Source: the human T2T-CHM13v2.0 reference genome, Homo sapiens. From it: a stretch of DNA of 64,000 nucleotides. The stretch lies in the NCBI RefSeq assembly GCF_009914755.1, contig NC_060931.1; one strand, 5' to 3'. Under the pieces are notes generated by a model. That model searched no databases. It was not told where the DNA came from and saw only the letters and a program-made list of their open reading frames with translations. The translations under genes were made by a program, and so were the position numbers. Shown here piece after piece: positions 17,989 through 32,957 of the stretch (position 1 is its first letter; the number at the start of each line of letters is the position of its first letter).

Positions 17989-20189
17989 ATTATAAGGCCT
18001 GGGCAGTGAGGTCATCTCCAGGAAAGCGTAATCTATTTTCCTTCCCCAACCCACCCAGCTTCTATCTCTGAGCCAAACCGCAAGGACCCTCCTCCTCACC
18101 CTATAAAACTGCAGCCTTGCCTCTGCCTCAGCCGAGCGAGGCCTTTAGTGTCCATTTGAGTCACTTACACTCTTCCTCAGCATGGCTGCCTTGAAGCCTG
18201 TGCAGGGATCTGCCCTCCACATCACGCGTCCCTGTCCCCTCCGGATCTGCCCTCCACATCAGGTGTCCCTGTACTCTCCGTTTCTTCAGGCGGCCTTGCC
18301 AGATGCCCACCATGGTCATCTGCTTAAGGTGGCCCCTCCTCCTGTGGGGCTGCTGTTGTTTTATTGCAGTGCTGTTTTTCTTTTAAACTCTCCTTTTGCT
18401 TTTAGGCCTAGACATTTGTTTTTCTTCTAGGTTTCATGTTATGGATCCCCCAGGATCAGAAATGTGAAATAAACGATTTCTGGGTCTACCAAAACCATTT
18501 GCTGTCCAAATCAATCCTGCAACCTCTGCCTTCTCATTTTGAGAGGAGCCGCAGCCAGGCCACTACTGCGGCCTCTGGGTGGATTTCTGTGGGCAGCAGT
18601 GATGCTGAGGATGTCATGGTAACTGGATTTTGTTCCTCGGTGATCCTGAAATAGCAGGGGCAGGTGGGGTGAAGCGCCCCTGTGTACCCCTTTTCTATGT
18701 GTCTGGAGGCTGCCTCAAAATTCACATCCTTCTAAGGGAGCCCCTCTTTTTTTTTCCAGTATAATCAGGGCTTTTCCTTTCGTCTGCAACTGCCTCTCTT
18801 CTGATACTAATGACAAAATCTAGATTCACACCCAATCCAGCCTCTCACTGATCTCCTGAGGAAGCAGGATTCCTAGAGAAAATGTGAGGCCTATGCCCTC
18901 TTACAGAGCCTTTAGCTGGGTAAACAGCCACACCCTAGAAAAAGAAGCAGATTCCCCTATAATTGTATAATTGGCCCCTTGTCATTACCTGCTCCTTGAT
19001 AACATTGATCATTCCTTTATGGCTGAGCTCACTGTCTGAGTCCTTGAAATCCAAGGACAGGCTTCAGGCTTACAATTTGTTTATTTTTAACAAACACTGC
19101 AACAGTGGAGTCCTCATGGGGCCGTGTGACTTAAAAAAAAAAAATTTCTCAGGACAAACCCCAAACACCAGGGGGTGACTGTCCTGCATGCTTCAAAGCC
19201 CAGCTGCAACACAGTTTGAAACGAGATGAAGACTAGTAAGATGTTTGAGGGAATGGAGTGGATGGCCAGGAACTTCAGTGGCAGGGTCTCCGCAGCCCTC
19301 CTGTAAAGGAACCACCGTGCTTGTTTAAGGCCCCTGCCTGCAGTCCTGGCTGAAAACACATTTTAAACGGAGCAAAAATAGTTCCCATGGCATTGGCTCA
19401 AAAGCCTGTGGTCTGTTTTGAGACAAGCCTTTCATCTCATTTCAGTCTCACCTCACAGGCTAAGGTCAAAGCCAGCGGTTGGCATTGCTTGTCCAGAGCT
19501 GACTAAAGTTTGTACCTTTTAAAAACAGCCAGGGGCCTATTAAACGCACAACTGGGTACCTATGGCTGCTGGACACAACAGGCTGCTGGGACCCCAAATG
19601 GTAAGTAAGAGTCCCCAGCCCCCACAGCCACTCTCGTTCCTTGGCCACCACCGAGACCTTCCACTTCCCACGTGTGAAGTTGGTCTTGCCTGCCGCTAGC
19701 TGCATGGACATGTCTCCTTTTCAATTTCCAGTTAAAACCCCTTTTGGTGAAGCTTAAAAAGACCCATAAACCACACCCCCTTTTTCCTCTAAATTCAGAA
19801 ATGAATGAGAAATTGGCCAACATGAGAAAGGGTGAAAAATGAGCGTATTGGGGTAGCACTGGGCTGAGCAGAGCGTAAACCAGCTTCTGGGGCCAGGTGG
19901 GCTTCCTTCTCCTCCCACCCAGGTCAAGGTAGGTGGCAGGAATGGGCCCCTGCAGAGAAGGGCGTCCCTGTGCGTTCTGGCCTTGAAGAGAGCAGATGCC
20001 ACTCAACCAGGAGTCTCGCCAGCAGGGAGAGAGAAGGTGGATTTGAACGCAAGGCCTCCAGTCAGTGGGGGAAGGGTAGATGTTGGATGCCACCCCCATA
20101 GGGCAGCTCATTCTCCCCTCTTTGGGAGGGTGAGTGGGTAGCTAGAGAAAGGTGGAGATGTGATCCTCCTAGGCTCTTCCTAACTCTGG

Positions 20190-20280
20190 AAGTGTGAGGT
20201 CACTGGGAAGCTTGTTGGAAATGCAGGTTGTCTGGTCCCACCCAGATGAATGGAATGAGAAATTCAGAGAGTGGGCTTGG
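20190..20280. mobile_element. MER5-like hAT fragment
   Basis: cactgggaagcttgttggaaatgcagg...gtcccacccaga motif. Confidence 0.45.
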
Positions 20281-20322
20281 TAACCCATGCTTGAACAAGC
20301 CTGCAAGATGATGCAGGTGCAG

Positions 20323-20379
20323 AGCAGAACTTCCCAACCTCGGTACAGTTGACATTTTGTGGACATAATTCTTTACTCT

Positions 20380-20425
<46 letters not shown>

Positions 20426-20545
20426 TGGATATTGTAGAATGTTTAGCAGCATCTCTGGTCCCTACCCACTAGATGCCAGTAGTACCCTTGACAACCAAAA
20501 GTGTTTCCAGCCATTGCTAAGTATCCCCAAGGGGGAAAAGTCACC
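20323..20545 (+). mobile_element. MER20 hAT-Charlie MITE with internal (TG)n
   Basis: tcccaacctcgg...gacattttg...gtttagcagcatctctgg...tacccactagatgccagtag...acaaccaaaa. Confidence 0.8.
20382..20423. repeat. (GT)21 microsatellite
   Basis: Pure dinucleotide run. Confidence 0.95.
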
Positions 20546-20751
20546 TACAGAAATTTTTCTTTGAAACAGTAGCCCAGCAGAAGAGCGTATCCCTTACAAT
20601 ACACAGAGAAGAGGAAAACAAACAAATAAGCAAACTGAAAACACTGGGGAGAAATTTCACTGGCACTTAACAGCAGTTATTTCCAGGTCATGGGTTTTAA
20701 GTGATCTTTTTATTTTTTAAATTTTTTTTCTGTATTTTCCAAATGTGCTAA

Positions 20752-21081
<330 letters not shown>

Positions 21082-21409
21082 TTAGAATTTAAAAGACGGT
21101 TTTGACAGCTTCCCTAACCCCCCTCTGTGGGCATGTTGGTTGGGGCCCTAAACCCAGGTTTCCTCTCCTTACTTGTCACGGCGTGCCTGGACGTGCGCAC
21201 TCTGGGGTTTATTGAGGTGCTGATGCTATCCTACCGTACCCCATCCCCCATGAGTGCCCCTTGGCACAGGGTCATCCTCAACCTAAACTTCAGGAAGACA
21301 GAATGTGGATTCTAATGACAATGCCAGATCTGTTCAGAACACAAAAGACAAATATAGGAGTTAAATAGGAAGTTCGTGTTATCCTTGTGACTGTCATTCT
21401 GTAACTATC

Positions 21410-22415
21410 AATTGTAGACAAACTGGATTTTGTGAAAATGAAAACATTTCTGCATCAAAAGATAATATCAACAGAGTAAAAGGACAATCCACAGAATGGG
21501 TAAAAATAATTGAAAGTAGATTAATAACTAGAATATATAGAGAATTCCTAAAACTTAACAACAATAAATAAACAACCCTATTCAAAAATGGATTGAAGGA
21601 CTTGAATGGACCTTTCTCTAAAGAAGACATACAAATGGTCCATAAGCACATGAAAAGATGCCCAACATCGCTAGTCATTAGGGAAGTGCAAACCAAATTG
21701 AGAGGCCACCTCACACCCATGAGGATGACTAGTATCAAAAATCAGGAATTTACAAGTGTGGGTGAGGAAGTGAAGAAATTGGAACTCTTGTATACTCTCT
21801 GTGGGAACGTAACATGTTACAGCCACTAAGACAACATGATAGTATCTCAAAAACTTAAAAAATAGAATTACCTTGTGATCCAATAATTCCACTTCTGGGT
21901 ACATACTCAAAATAATTGAAAGCAGCATATCCAAGAGACATTTGTATGCCATGTTCATAGCTGCCTTATGTACACTAGCTAAAATGTGGAAGCAACCCAG
22001 GGGTCCATTGACATATGAATGTATAAACAAAACATGGTGTAAACAAACGATTTGGCCTTAAAGGAAGGGAATTCTGAGACATAATCCACATGGATTAACC
22101 TTGAGGACATTATGCTAAGTGAAATAAGCCAGTCACAAAAAGGCAAATACTGTGCAATTCCACTTATATGAGGTCCCTAGACTAGTCAAATTCATAAAGA
22201 CAGAAAGTAGAATGGTGGTTTTCAAAAGCTGGGAGGAGGACAGAATGGGGAGTTTGTGTTTATCAGGTACAGAGTTTCCGTTTTACAGGATGAAAGGTTA
22301 TGCAGATGGGTGGTGGTGATGGGTGCACAATATTATGAATATACTTAATATCACTAAACTGTGCACTTCATATGGTTAAGATGGTAAATTTTATGTTATT
22401 CTAATGCAATAAAAA
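21410..22415 (+). mobile_element. L1MB-like 3' fragment (end of ORF2 plus 3' UTR)
   Basis: [22 protein letters not shown] remnant; 3' UTR ...atggttaagatggtaaattttatgtta...aataaaaa. Confidence 0.85.
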
Positions 22416-23034
22416 TGGAAAACAGTTTTAAAAAGCAAAAATATAAATTATTGTGTTTCTACCACATGTCACACCATGATGAAAAGGAAACAGTCTTCTG
22501 AGGCCATTGCAGTGATGGGAGAAGCAGCTCAGGGACATGTGGGAAGCACAAGGAGGGATGTCAGGGGAGCAGCTTCTGGGGAGTCACAGAGCCTTCACAG
22601 CAAAGCTGGCACTTGACCTGGGCCCTGAGAGAAGTTTACCAGGCACAGAACATGTCAGAGAGAGAAACACGTATGAGTGAAGGCATGCAGGCCCCAGAGA
22701 GCACAGGTGATCCAGCAATAAAGCAGCCAAGGGGTTTGGGTGTGGCGTGCACACTGGAGGATCTGGACTGCCGCCTTTCCATCCAGGTGACGTTGACAAT
22801 TTATTTTATGTCTTCGCCTGTTAAGTGGGGACAGTTTTGTTGGAAAGATTAAATATGTGAAATGAAATCAGGCCTCTAGCAGGGTACCTGGTAGTGCTAA
22901 ATTCGTGAATGACTTGCAACAAAGCTGCAAGAGATTTCATCCAGACTACATCATGAGGTGACAGCAAGAAGGATGACAAGAGAAAGAGCTCCATGTGTCG
23001 TGTAACTTGAATCTTGTGGATTATGGACACGATT

Positions 23035-23210
23035 CCTTTTAGACAGATTATCTTGAGAGGCTGTGTAGAAGATCAGCTTGAGGGGCTTCAAATGTAATCA
23101 GAAAAACAATTAAGAAGCAATTTTCACAGTCTAGGCAAGGGCTGGTGCAGGACTGAGCTGAGGCAATAGCAGTGGTTCAGGGAGACAGAGCAGGATCAGA
23201 GATACTTCTG
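23035..23210 (-). mobile_element. L2 fragment
   Basis: Purine-rich L2-like text (ttttagacagattatctt...cagtctaggcaag...gaggcaatagcagtgg). Confidence 0.4.
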
Positions 23211-24835
23211 CACTGGGCTCTTGTTCCACATATTTCTATTTTTAGATCTTAGTGTAATGCCAGGTTCTTTGCAAAAGGCACTGTTATATTTACTAATTTC
23301 CAGCTTCTGGTTTATTCTGTATTATATGAATTGCTGGGTAAATGTATGCCCTTTCAAGTAATATAATGTTCTCACTCTCAGGCCAGAAAGACCTGCCAAG
23401 TCTAATCTGTTGCCATATAATAGACCTGTTCTTTCTGAAGTAGTTTTCTCATTTACAAATGGCCACAAAACTAATGTGGCTGTGTTATTATTCCTATCTG
23501 CACTCCTACAAGTGAAAAATAGATCTACGTATTGTTTGAATGTTGAACACTAAGTAAAGGTGACATGGCCTTGCTTAAAACTTCCAATCCAAGCACTCAT
23601 ATGAGATGGCCAAAGCCAAGGCTCTGACCCCAATCATGTGTTTAAACCCCATTTGCTCCTGTGCAGGTGGAAAATGCAATCTGGAGTGTTCCTGGGGAGC
23701 TCTGCTGTGTAAACCTTGGCTTTACAGTGAGAAGACGGGCTGATCACAGATGTGAACCGTCAGGTAACCAGGGCTGCAGTGAGAGCCACAGATTTCATGG
23801 GAAGTGGAAGAGGAGATGGAAAGAGGTGAGTATGGTGATGGGAGTAATGACATTTAGTGTATAGAGTAAGCAGACAAGGAAGGTGGTTAGATAAAAAACT
23901 CACATGGTGGACTTTTAAATGGCAATAAAGTATAACGTTGTAGATGATGTACCTCCTGGCAAGTGATCCACTCTGTCCCCAGGTCTCAAACAGCCCTGTG
24001 TTAATTCATGGATCAGATTCACTGGTCTAATTCTATATTTAATAATGACTTTATAGAGATGTATACCATAAAATTCACCCTTTTAAAGTATACAAACCAG
24101 TGTTTTTAGTCTATTCACCGGGCTGTGCAACCATCACTACTATCTAACTTTAGAAAATTATTAGCACAAAAAGAAATCCAGTACCCATTAGCACTCACTA
24201 CCGATTTGCCTCTCCCCTAATCCCCTGGAAACCACTAATCTACTTTAGGTCTTCATGAACTTTTCTATTCTGGGCTTTTCATATAATGCAATCAACAGTT
24301 TGTGCTCTTTCATGACTGGCTTCTTTCACCCAGCAAAACAGTTTCGGGGTTAAGCCATGTAGCGTGAGTCAGTACTTCATTTCTTTTTATGGCTGAAAAA
24401 GATTCCATTGTATGTATATAATACATGATGTTCACCCATTAATAAGCTGATAGACATTTGAGTTTACACTTTTTGGTGGTTGATGCTGCTTAGAACATTG
24501 ATACACAAGTTTTTGTGTGGACACGTTTTTAATTATCTGAGTATACACCAAGAATAAAATTTCTCAGTTATATGAAGTTTATATTTAAGATTTTGAGGAG
24601 TTGTCAAACTATTTTCCAGAGTGGTTGTACCATTTTACACCAAACTAGCAATGTATGAGACTTCCATTTTCTTCAGGTCTTCACAAACGCTTCATCTTTT
24701 TTATTTTAGCTATCCTAAAATTAAAAAAAGATAGCTAAAAGGATAGTGTGAACTGGTATCTCATCATGATTTTGATTTGCATTTCGTAATGACTGGTGCT
24801 GAGGAGCATTTTTTCATACGCTTATTTGCCATTTC

Positions 24836-25219
24836 TTTTTTAAAATTAAATTAAATTAAAATTTTAAAAAATTTCCATAGGTTATTGGGGTACAGGTGGT
24901 GTTTGGTTACATAAGTAAGTTCTTTAGTGGTGATTTGTGAGATTTTGGTGCAGCCATTACCTGAGCAGCGTACACTGCATCACATTTGTAGTCTTTAATC
25001 TCTTGGTCCCTCCCACCCTTCCCCTCAAGTCCCCAAAATCCATTGTATCATTCTTATGCCTTTGTTTCCTCATAGCTTAGCTCCCATATATCAGTGAGAA
25101 CATATGGTGTTTTGTTTTCCATTCCTGAGTTACTTCACTTAGAATAATGGTCTCCAGTCTCATCCAGGTCGCTGCGAATGCCATTAATTCATTCCTTTTT
25201 ATGGCTGAGTAGTATTCCA

Positions 25220-25261
<42 letters not shown>

Positions 25262-28200
25262 TGTGAATGGCATTAATTCATTCCTTTTTATGGCTGAGTA
25301 GTATTCCATCATATATATGAGATGGAATATATATATATATGGAATATACATATATGGAATATATATATATGGAATATACATATATGGAATATATATATGG
25401 AATATACATATATGGAATATATATGTGTGAGTATATATATATATGAGATGGAATATATATGTGTGTATATATATACGTGAGATGGAATATATATGAGTAT
25501 ATATATGGAATATATATATACCACAGTTTCTTTATCCACTTGTTTATTGATGGGCATTTGGACTGGTTCCATGATTTTGCAATTGTGAATTGTGCTGCTA
25601 TAAACATGCATGCGCAAGTATAATGACTTCTTTTCCTCTGGGTAGATACCCAGTAGTGGGATTGTTGGATCAAATGGTAGTTCTACTTTTAGTCCTTTAA
25701 GGAATCTTTACACTGTTTTCCATAGTGACTGTAATAATTTACATTCCCACCAGCAGTGTAGAAGTGCTCCCTGATTACTGAATCCATACCAACATCTACT
25801 GTTGTTTGATTTTTTGATTATGGCCATTCTTGCAGGAGTAAGGTGGTATTGCATTGTGGTTTTGATTTGTATTTCTCTGATCATTAGTGATGTTGAGAAT
25901 TTTTTCATATGTTTGTTGGCCATTTGTATATCTTCTTTTGAGAATTGTCTATTTATGTTGTTAGCCTACTTTTTGATGGGATTGTTTGTTTTTTTCTTGC
26001 TGATTTGTTGGAGTTCGTTGTAGATCCTGGATATTAGTCCTTTGTCAGATGTATAGATTGTGAAGATTTTCCCCCACTCTGTGGGTTGTCTGTTTACTCT
26101 GCTGACTGTTCCTTTTGCCATGCAAAAGCTCTTTAGTTTAATTAAGTCCCAACTATTTATCTTTGTTTTTGTTGTATTTGCTTTTGGGTTCTTGGTCATG
26201 AAATCCTTTCCCAAACCAATGTCTAGAAGGGTTTTTCTAAGGTTATCTTCTAGAATTTTTATAGTTTCAGGTCTTAGATTTAAGTCCTTAATCCATCTTG
26301 AGTTGATTTTTGTATAAGGTGAGAGATGAGGATCCAGTTTCATTCTCCTACATGTGGCTAGCCAATTATCCCAGCACCATTTGTTGAAAAGGGCATCATT
26401 TCCCCACTTTATGCTTTTGTTTGCTTTGTCAAACATCAGTTGGCTGTAAGTATTTGGGTGTAGTTCTGGGTTCTCTATTCTGTTCCATTGGTCTATGTGC
26501 CTATTTTTATACTGGTATCAAGCTGTTTTGGTGACTATGGCCTTATAGTATAGTTTGAAATCAGGTAGCGTGATGCCTCCAGTTTTGTCCTTTTTACTTA
26601 GTCTTGCTTTGGCTATGCAGGCTCTTTTTTGGTTCCATATGAATTTTAGAACTGTTTTTCCTAATTCTGTGAAGAATGATGGTGGTATTGTGATGGGGAT
26701 TGCAATGAATTTGTAGATTGCTTTGACAGTATGGTCAATTTTCACAATATTGATTCTACCCATCCATGAGCATGGGATGTGTTTCCATTTGTTTGTGTTG
26801 TCTATGATTTCTTTCAGTAGTGTTTTGTAGTTTTCCTTGTAGATGTCTTTCTCTTCCTTGGTTAGGTATATTCTTAAGTTGTTTTTTTTTCAGTAAAAGG
26901 GGTTGAATTCTCGATTTGATTCTCTGCTTGGTTGCTGTTCTTGTATAGAAGAGCTACTGATTCGTGTACATTAATCTTGTATCTAGAAACTTTGCTGAAT
27001 TCTTTTATCGGTTCTAGGAGCTTTCTGTAGGAGTCTTTAGGGTTTTCGAGGTAAATGATCATATCATCAGCAAACAGTGACAGTTTGATTTCCTCTTTAC
27101 TGATTTGGATGCTTTTGATTTCTTTCTCTTGTCTGATTGCTCTGGCTAGAACTTCCAGTACTACGATGAGGAGGAATGGTGAGAGTGGGCATCCTTGTCT
27201 TGTTCCAGTTCTCAGAGGGAATGCTTTCAACTTTTCCCCATTCAGTATTATGTTGGCTGTGGGTTTGTCACAGACGGCTTGTATTACATTCAGGTATGTC
27301 CCTTGTAGGCCAATTTTGCTGAGAGTTTTAATCATAAAGCAATGCTGGATTTTTGTCGAATGTTTTTTCTGCATCTATTGAAATGATCATGTGATTTTTG
27401 TTTTTAATTCTCTTTATGTGGTGTATCACATTTATTGACTTGCTTATGTTAAATCATCCCTACATCCCTGATATGAAACCTACTTGACCATGGTGGATTA
27501 TCTGTTTGATATGTTGTTGGATTTAGTTAGCTAGTATTTTGTTAAGGATTTTAGCATCTATGTTCCTCAGGGATATTGGTCTGTTGTTTTCTTTTTTGGT
27601 TATGTCCTTTCCTGGTTTTGGTATTAGGGTGATGCTGGGTTCATAGAATGAATTAGGGAGGGTTCCCTCTTTCTCTAAGTGTTGAAAAGATTGGTACCAA
27701 TTCTTGTTTGAATGTCTGGTAGAATTATGCTGTGAATCCATCTGGTCCTGGGCTTTTATTTTGGTTGGTAATTTTAAAATTACCACTTCAATCTTGCTGC
27801 TTGTTATTGGTCTGTTCAGGGTATCTATTTCTTCTTGATTTAAACTAGGAGGGTTGTATTTTTCCAGGAGTTTATCCATCTCTTCTAGGTTTTCTAGTTT
27901 ATGTGCATAAACTTATGTGTTTTGTGTTCATAGTAGCCTTGAATGATCTTTTGTATTTCTGTGGTGTCAGTTGTAATAGCTCTCATTTCAGTTCTTATTG
28001 AGGTTTTTTGGATTTTCTCTTTTCTTTTCTTGATTAATCTTGCTAATGGTCTATCAATTTTATCTTTTCAAATAACCAACTTTTTGTTTCATTTATTTTT
28101 TGTATTTTTTTGTTTCAATTTCACTGAGTTCTGCTCTGATCTTCGTTATTTCCTTTCTTCTGCTGGGTTTGGGTTTTGTTTTTTCTTCTTTCTCTAGTTC

Positions 28201-31200
28201 CTTGAGGTGTGACCTTAGAATGTCAGTTTGTGCTCTTTCAGTATTTTTGATGGAGGCATTTAGGGCTATGAATGGTCCTCTTAGCACTGCCTTTGCTGTA
28301 TCCTAGAGGTTGTGATAGGTTGTATCATTATTGTCATTCAGTTTGAAGAATTTTTAAATTTCCATCTTGATTTCATTGTTGACCCAATGATCATTCAGGA
28401 GCAGGTTATTTAATTTCCATGTATTTGCATGGTTTTGAAGGTTCCTTTTCAAATTGATTTCCAGTTTTATGTCACTGTGGTCTGAGAGAGTGCTTGATAT
28501 AATTTCAATTTTCTTAGATTTATTGAGGCTTATTTTGTGGCCTATGATATGGTCTATCTTGGAGAAAGTTCCACATGCTGTTGAATAGAATGTGTATTCT
28601 GTGGTCATTGGATGAAATGTTCTGTATATATCTGTTAAGTCCATTTCCTCCAGGGTATAGTTTAAATCCATTGTTTCTTTGTTGACTTTCTACCTTGATG
28701 ACCAGTCTAGTGCTGTCAGTGTAGTATTGAAGTCCCCCACTATTATTGTGTTGCTGTTTATCTCATTTCTTAGGTCTACTAGTAATTGTTTTATAAATTT
28801 GGGAACTCCAGTGTTAGGTACATATATGTTTAGGATTGTGATATTTTCCTGTTGGAGATGGCCTTTTACCATTATACAATGTCCCTCTTTGTCTCGTTTA
28901 ACTGCTGTTGCTTTAAAGTTTGTTTTGTCTGATATAAGAATAGCTACTCTCATTCACTTTTGATGTCCATTTGCATGAAATGCCTTTTTCAACCCTTTTA
29001 CTTTATGTTTATGTGAGTCCTTATGTGTGAGGTGAGTCTCCTGAAGGCAGCAGATAGTTGGTTGGTGAGTTCTTATCCATTCTGCAGTCCTGTATCTTTT
29101 AAGAGGGGCATTTAGGAAATTTACATTCAATGCTAGTATTGAGAAGTGAGGTATCACTGTATTCATCATACTATTTATTGCCTGTGTACCTTGTTTTTTT
29201 TTTTTTTTGTTTTTGCTTCTTAAATTGTATTTTTGTTTTATAGGTCCTATGTGATTTATGCTTTAAAGAGGCTCTGTTCTGATGTGATTCCAGGATTTGT
29301 GTCAGGATTTAGAGCTCCTTTTAGCAGATCTTGTAGTGGTGGCTTGGTAGTGGCAAATTCTCTCAGCATTTGTTTGTCTGAAAAAGACTGTGTCTTTCCT
29401 TCATATATGATGCTTAGTTTTGCTGGATACAAAATTCTTGGCTGATGATTGTTTTGTTTGAGGAGGCTGAAGATAGGGCCCCAATCCCTTCTAACTTGTA
29501 GGGTTTCTTCTGAGAAATCTGCTGTTAATCTGATAGGTTTTGTTTTATAGTTTACTTGGTGCTTTTGTCTCACAGCTCTTGAGATTCTTTCCTTCATCTT
29601 AACTTTAAATAACCTGAGGACAATGTCCCTAGGTGATGAATTTTGTGATGAAGTTCCCAGATGTTTTTTGTGCTTCTTGTATTTGGATGTCTAGGTCTCT
29701 AGCAAGGGTGTGGAAGTTCTCCTCAATTATTCCCCCAAATATGTTTTCTAAACTTTTAGATTTCTCTTCTTCCTCAGGAACACTGATTATTCTTAGGTTT
29801 GGTTGTTTAACATAATCCCAGACTTCTTGGAGGCTTTGTTCATATTTTCTTATTCTTTTTTCTTCATCTTTATTGGATTGGGTTAATTCAAAGACCTTGT
29901 CTTCAATCTCTGAATTTCTTTCTTCTACTTATTCAATGCTATTGTTGAGATTTTCCAGAGCATTTTACATTTCTATGTGTGTCCAATGTTTCCCAAAGTT
30001 TTGATTGTTTTTTCTTTAAGCTCTCTATTTCCTTGAATATTTTTCCCTTCACTTCTAGTATCATTTTTTGGATTTCCTTGCATTGGGCTTCACCTTTCTC
30101 TGGTGCCTCCCTGATTAGCTTAATAACTAACCTCCTGAACTTTTTTTCAGGTAAATCAGGGATTTCTTCTTGATTTGGATTCATTGCTGGTAAGCTAGTG
30201 TGATTTCTTGGGGGTATTAAAGAGCCTTGTTTTGTCATATTACCAGGGTTTGTTTTCTGGTGCCTTTTCATTTGATTAGGCTCTGTCAGATGGAAGGTCT
30301 AGGGCTGAAGGTTATTGTTCAGATTCTTTTGACCAACAGGTTGTTCCCTTGATGTAGTACTCTCCTCCTTTTCCTATGGATGTGGCTCCCTGTGAGCTGA
30401 GTTGCAGTGATCATCATCTCTCTGTTGGGTCTACCCACCCAGCAAGTCTTCCTGGCTCTGGGCTGGTACTGGGGGTTGTCTGCACAGAGTCCTGTGATGT
30501 GAACGCTCTATGGATTTCTCAGCTGTGGATACAGCACCTGTTCTGGTGGAGGTGGTAGGGGGTGAAATGGACTCTGTGAGAATTCTTAGCTTTGGTGGTT
30601 TAATACTCTATTTTTTTGCTGGTTGGCCTCCTGCCAGGAGGTGGCACTTTCCAGAGAGCATCAGCTGTAGTAGTATTGAGAGGAACCGGCAGTGGGTGGG
30701 GCCCTAGAACTCCCAAGAGTATATACCCTTTGTCTTCAGCTACCAGGGTGGATAGGGAAGGCCCATCAGGTGGGGTCAGTACCAGGCATGTCTGAGCTCA
30801 GACTGTCATTGGGCAGGTCTTGCTGAGGCTGCTGTAGAGGAACTGGACGTGGTTCCCAAGTCAATGGAGTTGTGTACCTAGGAGCATTATGACTTCCCTT
30901 GCTGAGTCATGCAGGTTATCAGGGCAGTGGGGGAAAGTCGGCAGTCACAGTCCTCACCCAGCTCCCACATGATCTGAAGGGCTGGACTCAGTCTTACCGT
31001 GCCCCACGTAACAGCCTGAGTCTGTTTCCAGGCAGTGGGTGAACAGGGCTTGAGAACTTGCTCCAGGCTACCCACCTCCCCTCTGAGAAAGAACAGGGTT
31101 TTATTTCTTCCCCTGCCTGTGAAGTCTGAACACTGGATTCATGCCCTTCCCTGAGTTCTGGGCAGAAGGCTTTTCACCCAGTTCAAATGGTCACAAAATT

Positions 31201-31318
31201 GGTCAAATTGGAGACTTCCTTCTCCTTGCAGCATTTTCCCCCCACAACTCTGGCTGCCCTCCCAAAGGGTCCCTGTGGTGCCAGGCAGAAATGGCCTGCT
31301 TGGGGACCCAGCAAGCTC
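24836..31318 (-). mobile_element. Near-full-length L1PB1-like element (L1PBa-type 5' region)
   Basis: L1PB 3' UTR (ttccataggttattggggtacaggtggt); ORF2 remnants 25278-29169 incl. LFADD; ORF1 remnants 29256-30271; no clear TSD. Confidence 0.9.
25171..25520. repeat. 51-bp duplication plus complex (TA)n/ATGGAAT microsatellite
   Basis: 25171-25221 repeated at 25260-25310 around a pure (TA)n; then many ATGGAATAT units. Confidence 0.9.
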
Positions 31319-31769
31319 GTTATCTTCTTTAGAGAAACGTGTGTTTGAGTCATTTGCTCATTTAAAAATTTGATTATTTGTCTTTTTATTGTTGAATTGC
31401 AGGAGGTCTTTATACTATTTTGGATACTAGGCCCTTATCAGATGCATGACTTTCAGATTCTTTGATTCTGTAGATCATCTTTTCACTTTTTTGATTGTGC
31501 CCTTTGAGGAACAGAAGTTTTAAATTTATCAAGTAGAATATGTCCACTTTTTTCTTTCATTGCTTGTGCTTCAGTGTCATGTCTAATGAAACATTGCTTA
31601 ACCCAAGATCATGAGAATTTATTTCTATGTATTTTTTCCTAAGAGTTTTATAGTTTTAGTTTTTTATTTAGGTGTTTGATTCATTTTTAGTTTTTGTATA
31701 TGGTGTGAGGGGAGGATCTACCTTCATTCTTTTGCATGTGGATATCCAGTTTTTCCAGCATCATTTGTT

Positions 31770-31870
31770 TTTATTTTTTTTATTTTTTTAATTTTATTAT
31801 TATTATACTTTAAGTTTTAGGGTACATGTGCACAATGTGCAGGTTAGTTACATATGTATACATGTGCCAT
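31770..31870 (-). mobile_element. Extremely 5'-truncated young L1 (L1PA2/3-like)
   Basis: L1 3' terminus (GTAACTAACCTGCACATTG...CTTAAAGTATAATAA) plus A tail; perfect TSD CCAGCATCATTTGTT (31755-31769, 31871-31885). Confidence 0.93.
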
Positions 31871-31990
31871 CCAGCATCATTTGTTAAAAAGATAATGTTT
31901 CCTTCTTGATTTGTCTTGACTTTCTTGTAAAACTACTAAATGATCATAAATGTAAGAGGTCATTTCTAGACTCTCAATTCTATTTCTTTC

Positions 31991-32015
31991 GTGTGTCTGT
32001 GTGTGTGTGTGTGTG
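31991..32015. repeat. (TG)n microsatellite
   Basis: Visible dinucleotide run with one interruption. Confidence 0.8.
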
Positions 32016-32544
32016 TTTTCCTTAGAATTTTCTTTGTACGAATCATGTCACCTGTGAACAGAGAAAATTTTACTTCTTTCCTTCCAATCTATCGATACTT
32101 TTTACTTTTTTTCCCCCTAATTTACCTGAATGGTAAAATTTTGAATAGAAATAATAAATGAATTTCCTTTTTTATTTTTTGGAAGACTTTGTGGCACATT
32201 GATGATTATTCATTAAGTATTTGAAATAATTTACCAGTGACACTATCTTGTTCTGGAGTTTTCTTTGTGGTTAGCTTTTCTGATTACTAATTTAACAGCT
32301 TTACTTCTTATAGATCTGTTCAAAATTTATTTTTATGTTTTTGTCCACTTTAGTGGTTTGTATCTTTTTAGGAATTTATCTATTTATTGACATATAATTT
32401 GTCATAGTATTCCCTTAAAATCCTTCTTGTTTATGTATGGTCAATAGTGATGTCCCCTTTTTGTTTACTTACATTGGTAATATAAATCTTCTCCCATTTG
32501 TTTCTGGCCAGCTAAAAGTTTGTCAATTTTGTTTATTTTTTTCA

Positions 32545-32957
<413 letters not shown>

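Noticed and set aside
19560-20111. 183-aa minus-strand ORF in unique sequence
   Set aside because: No recognisable domain or exon structure; consistent with chance.
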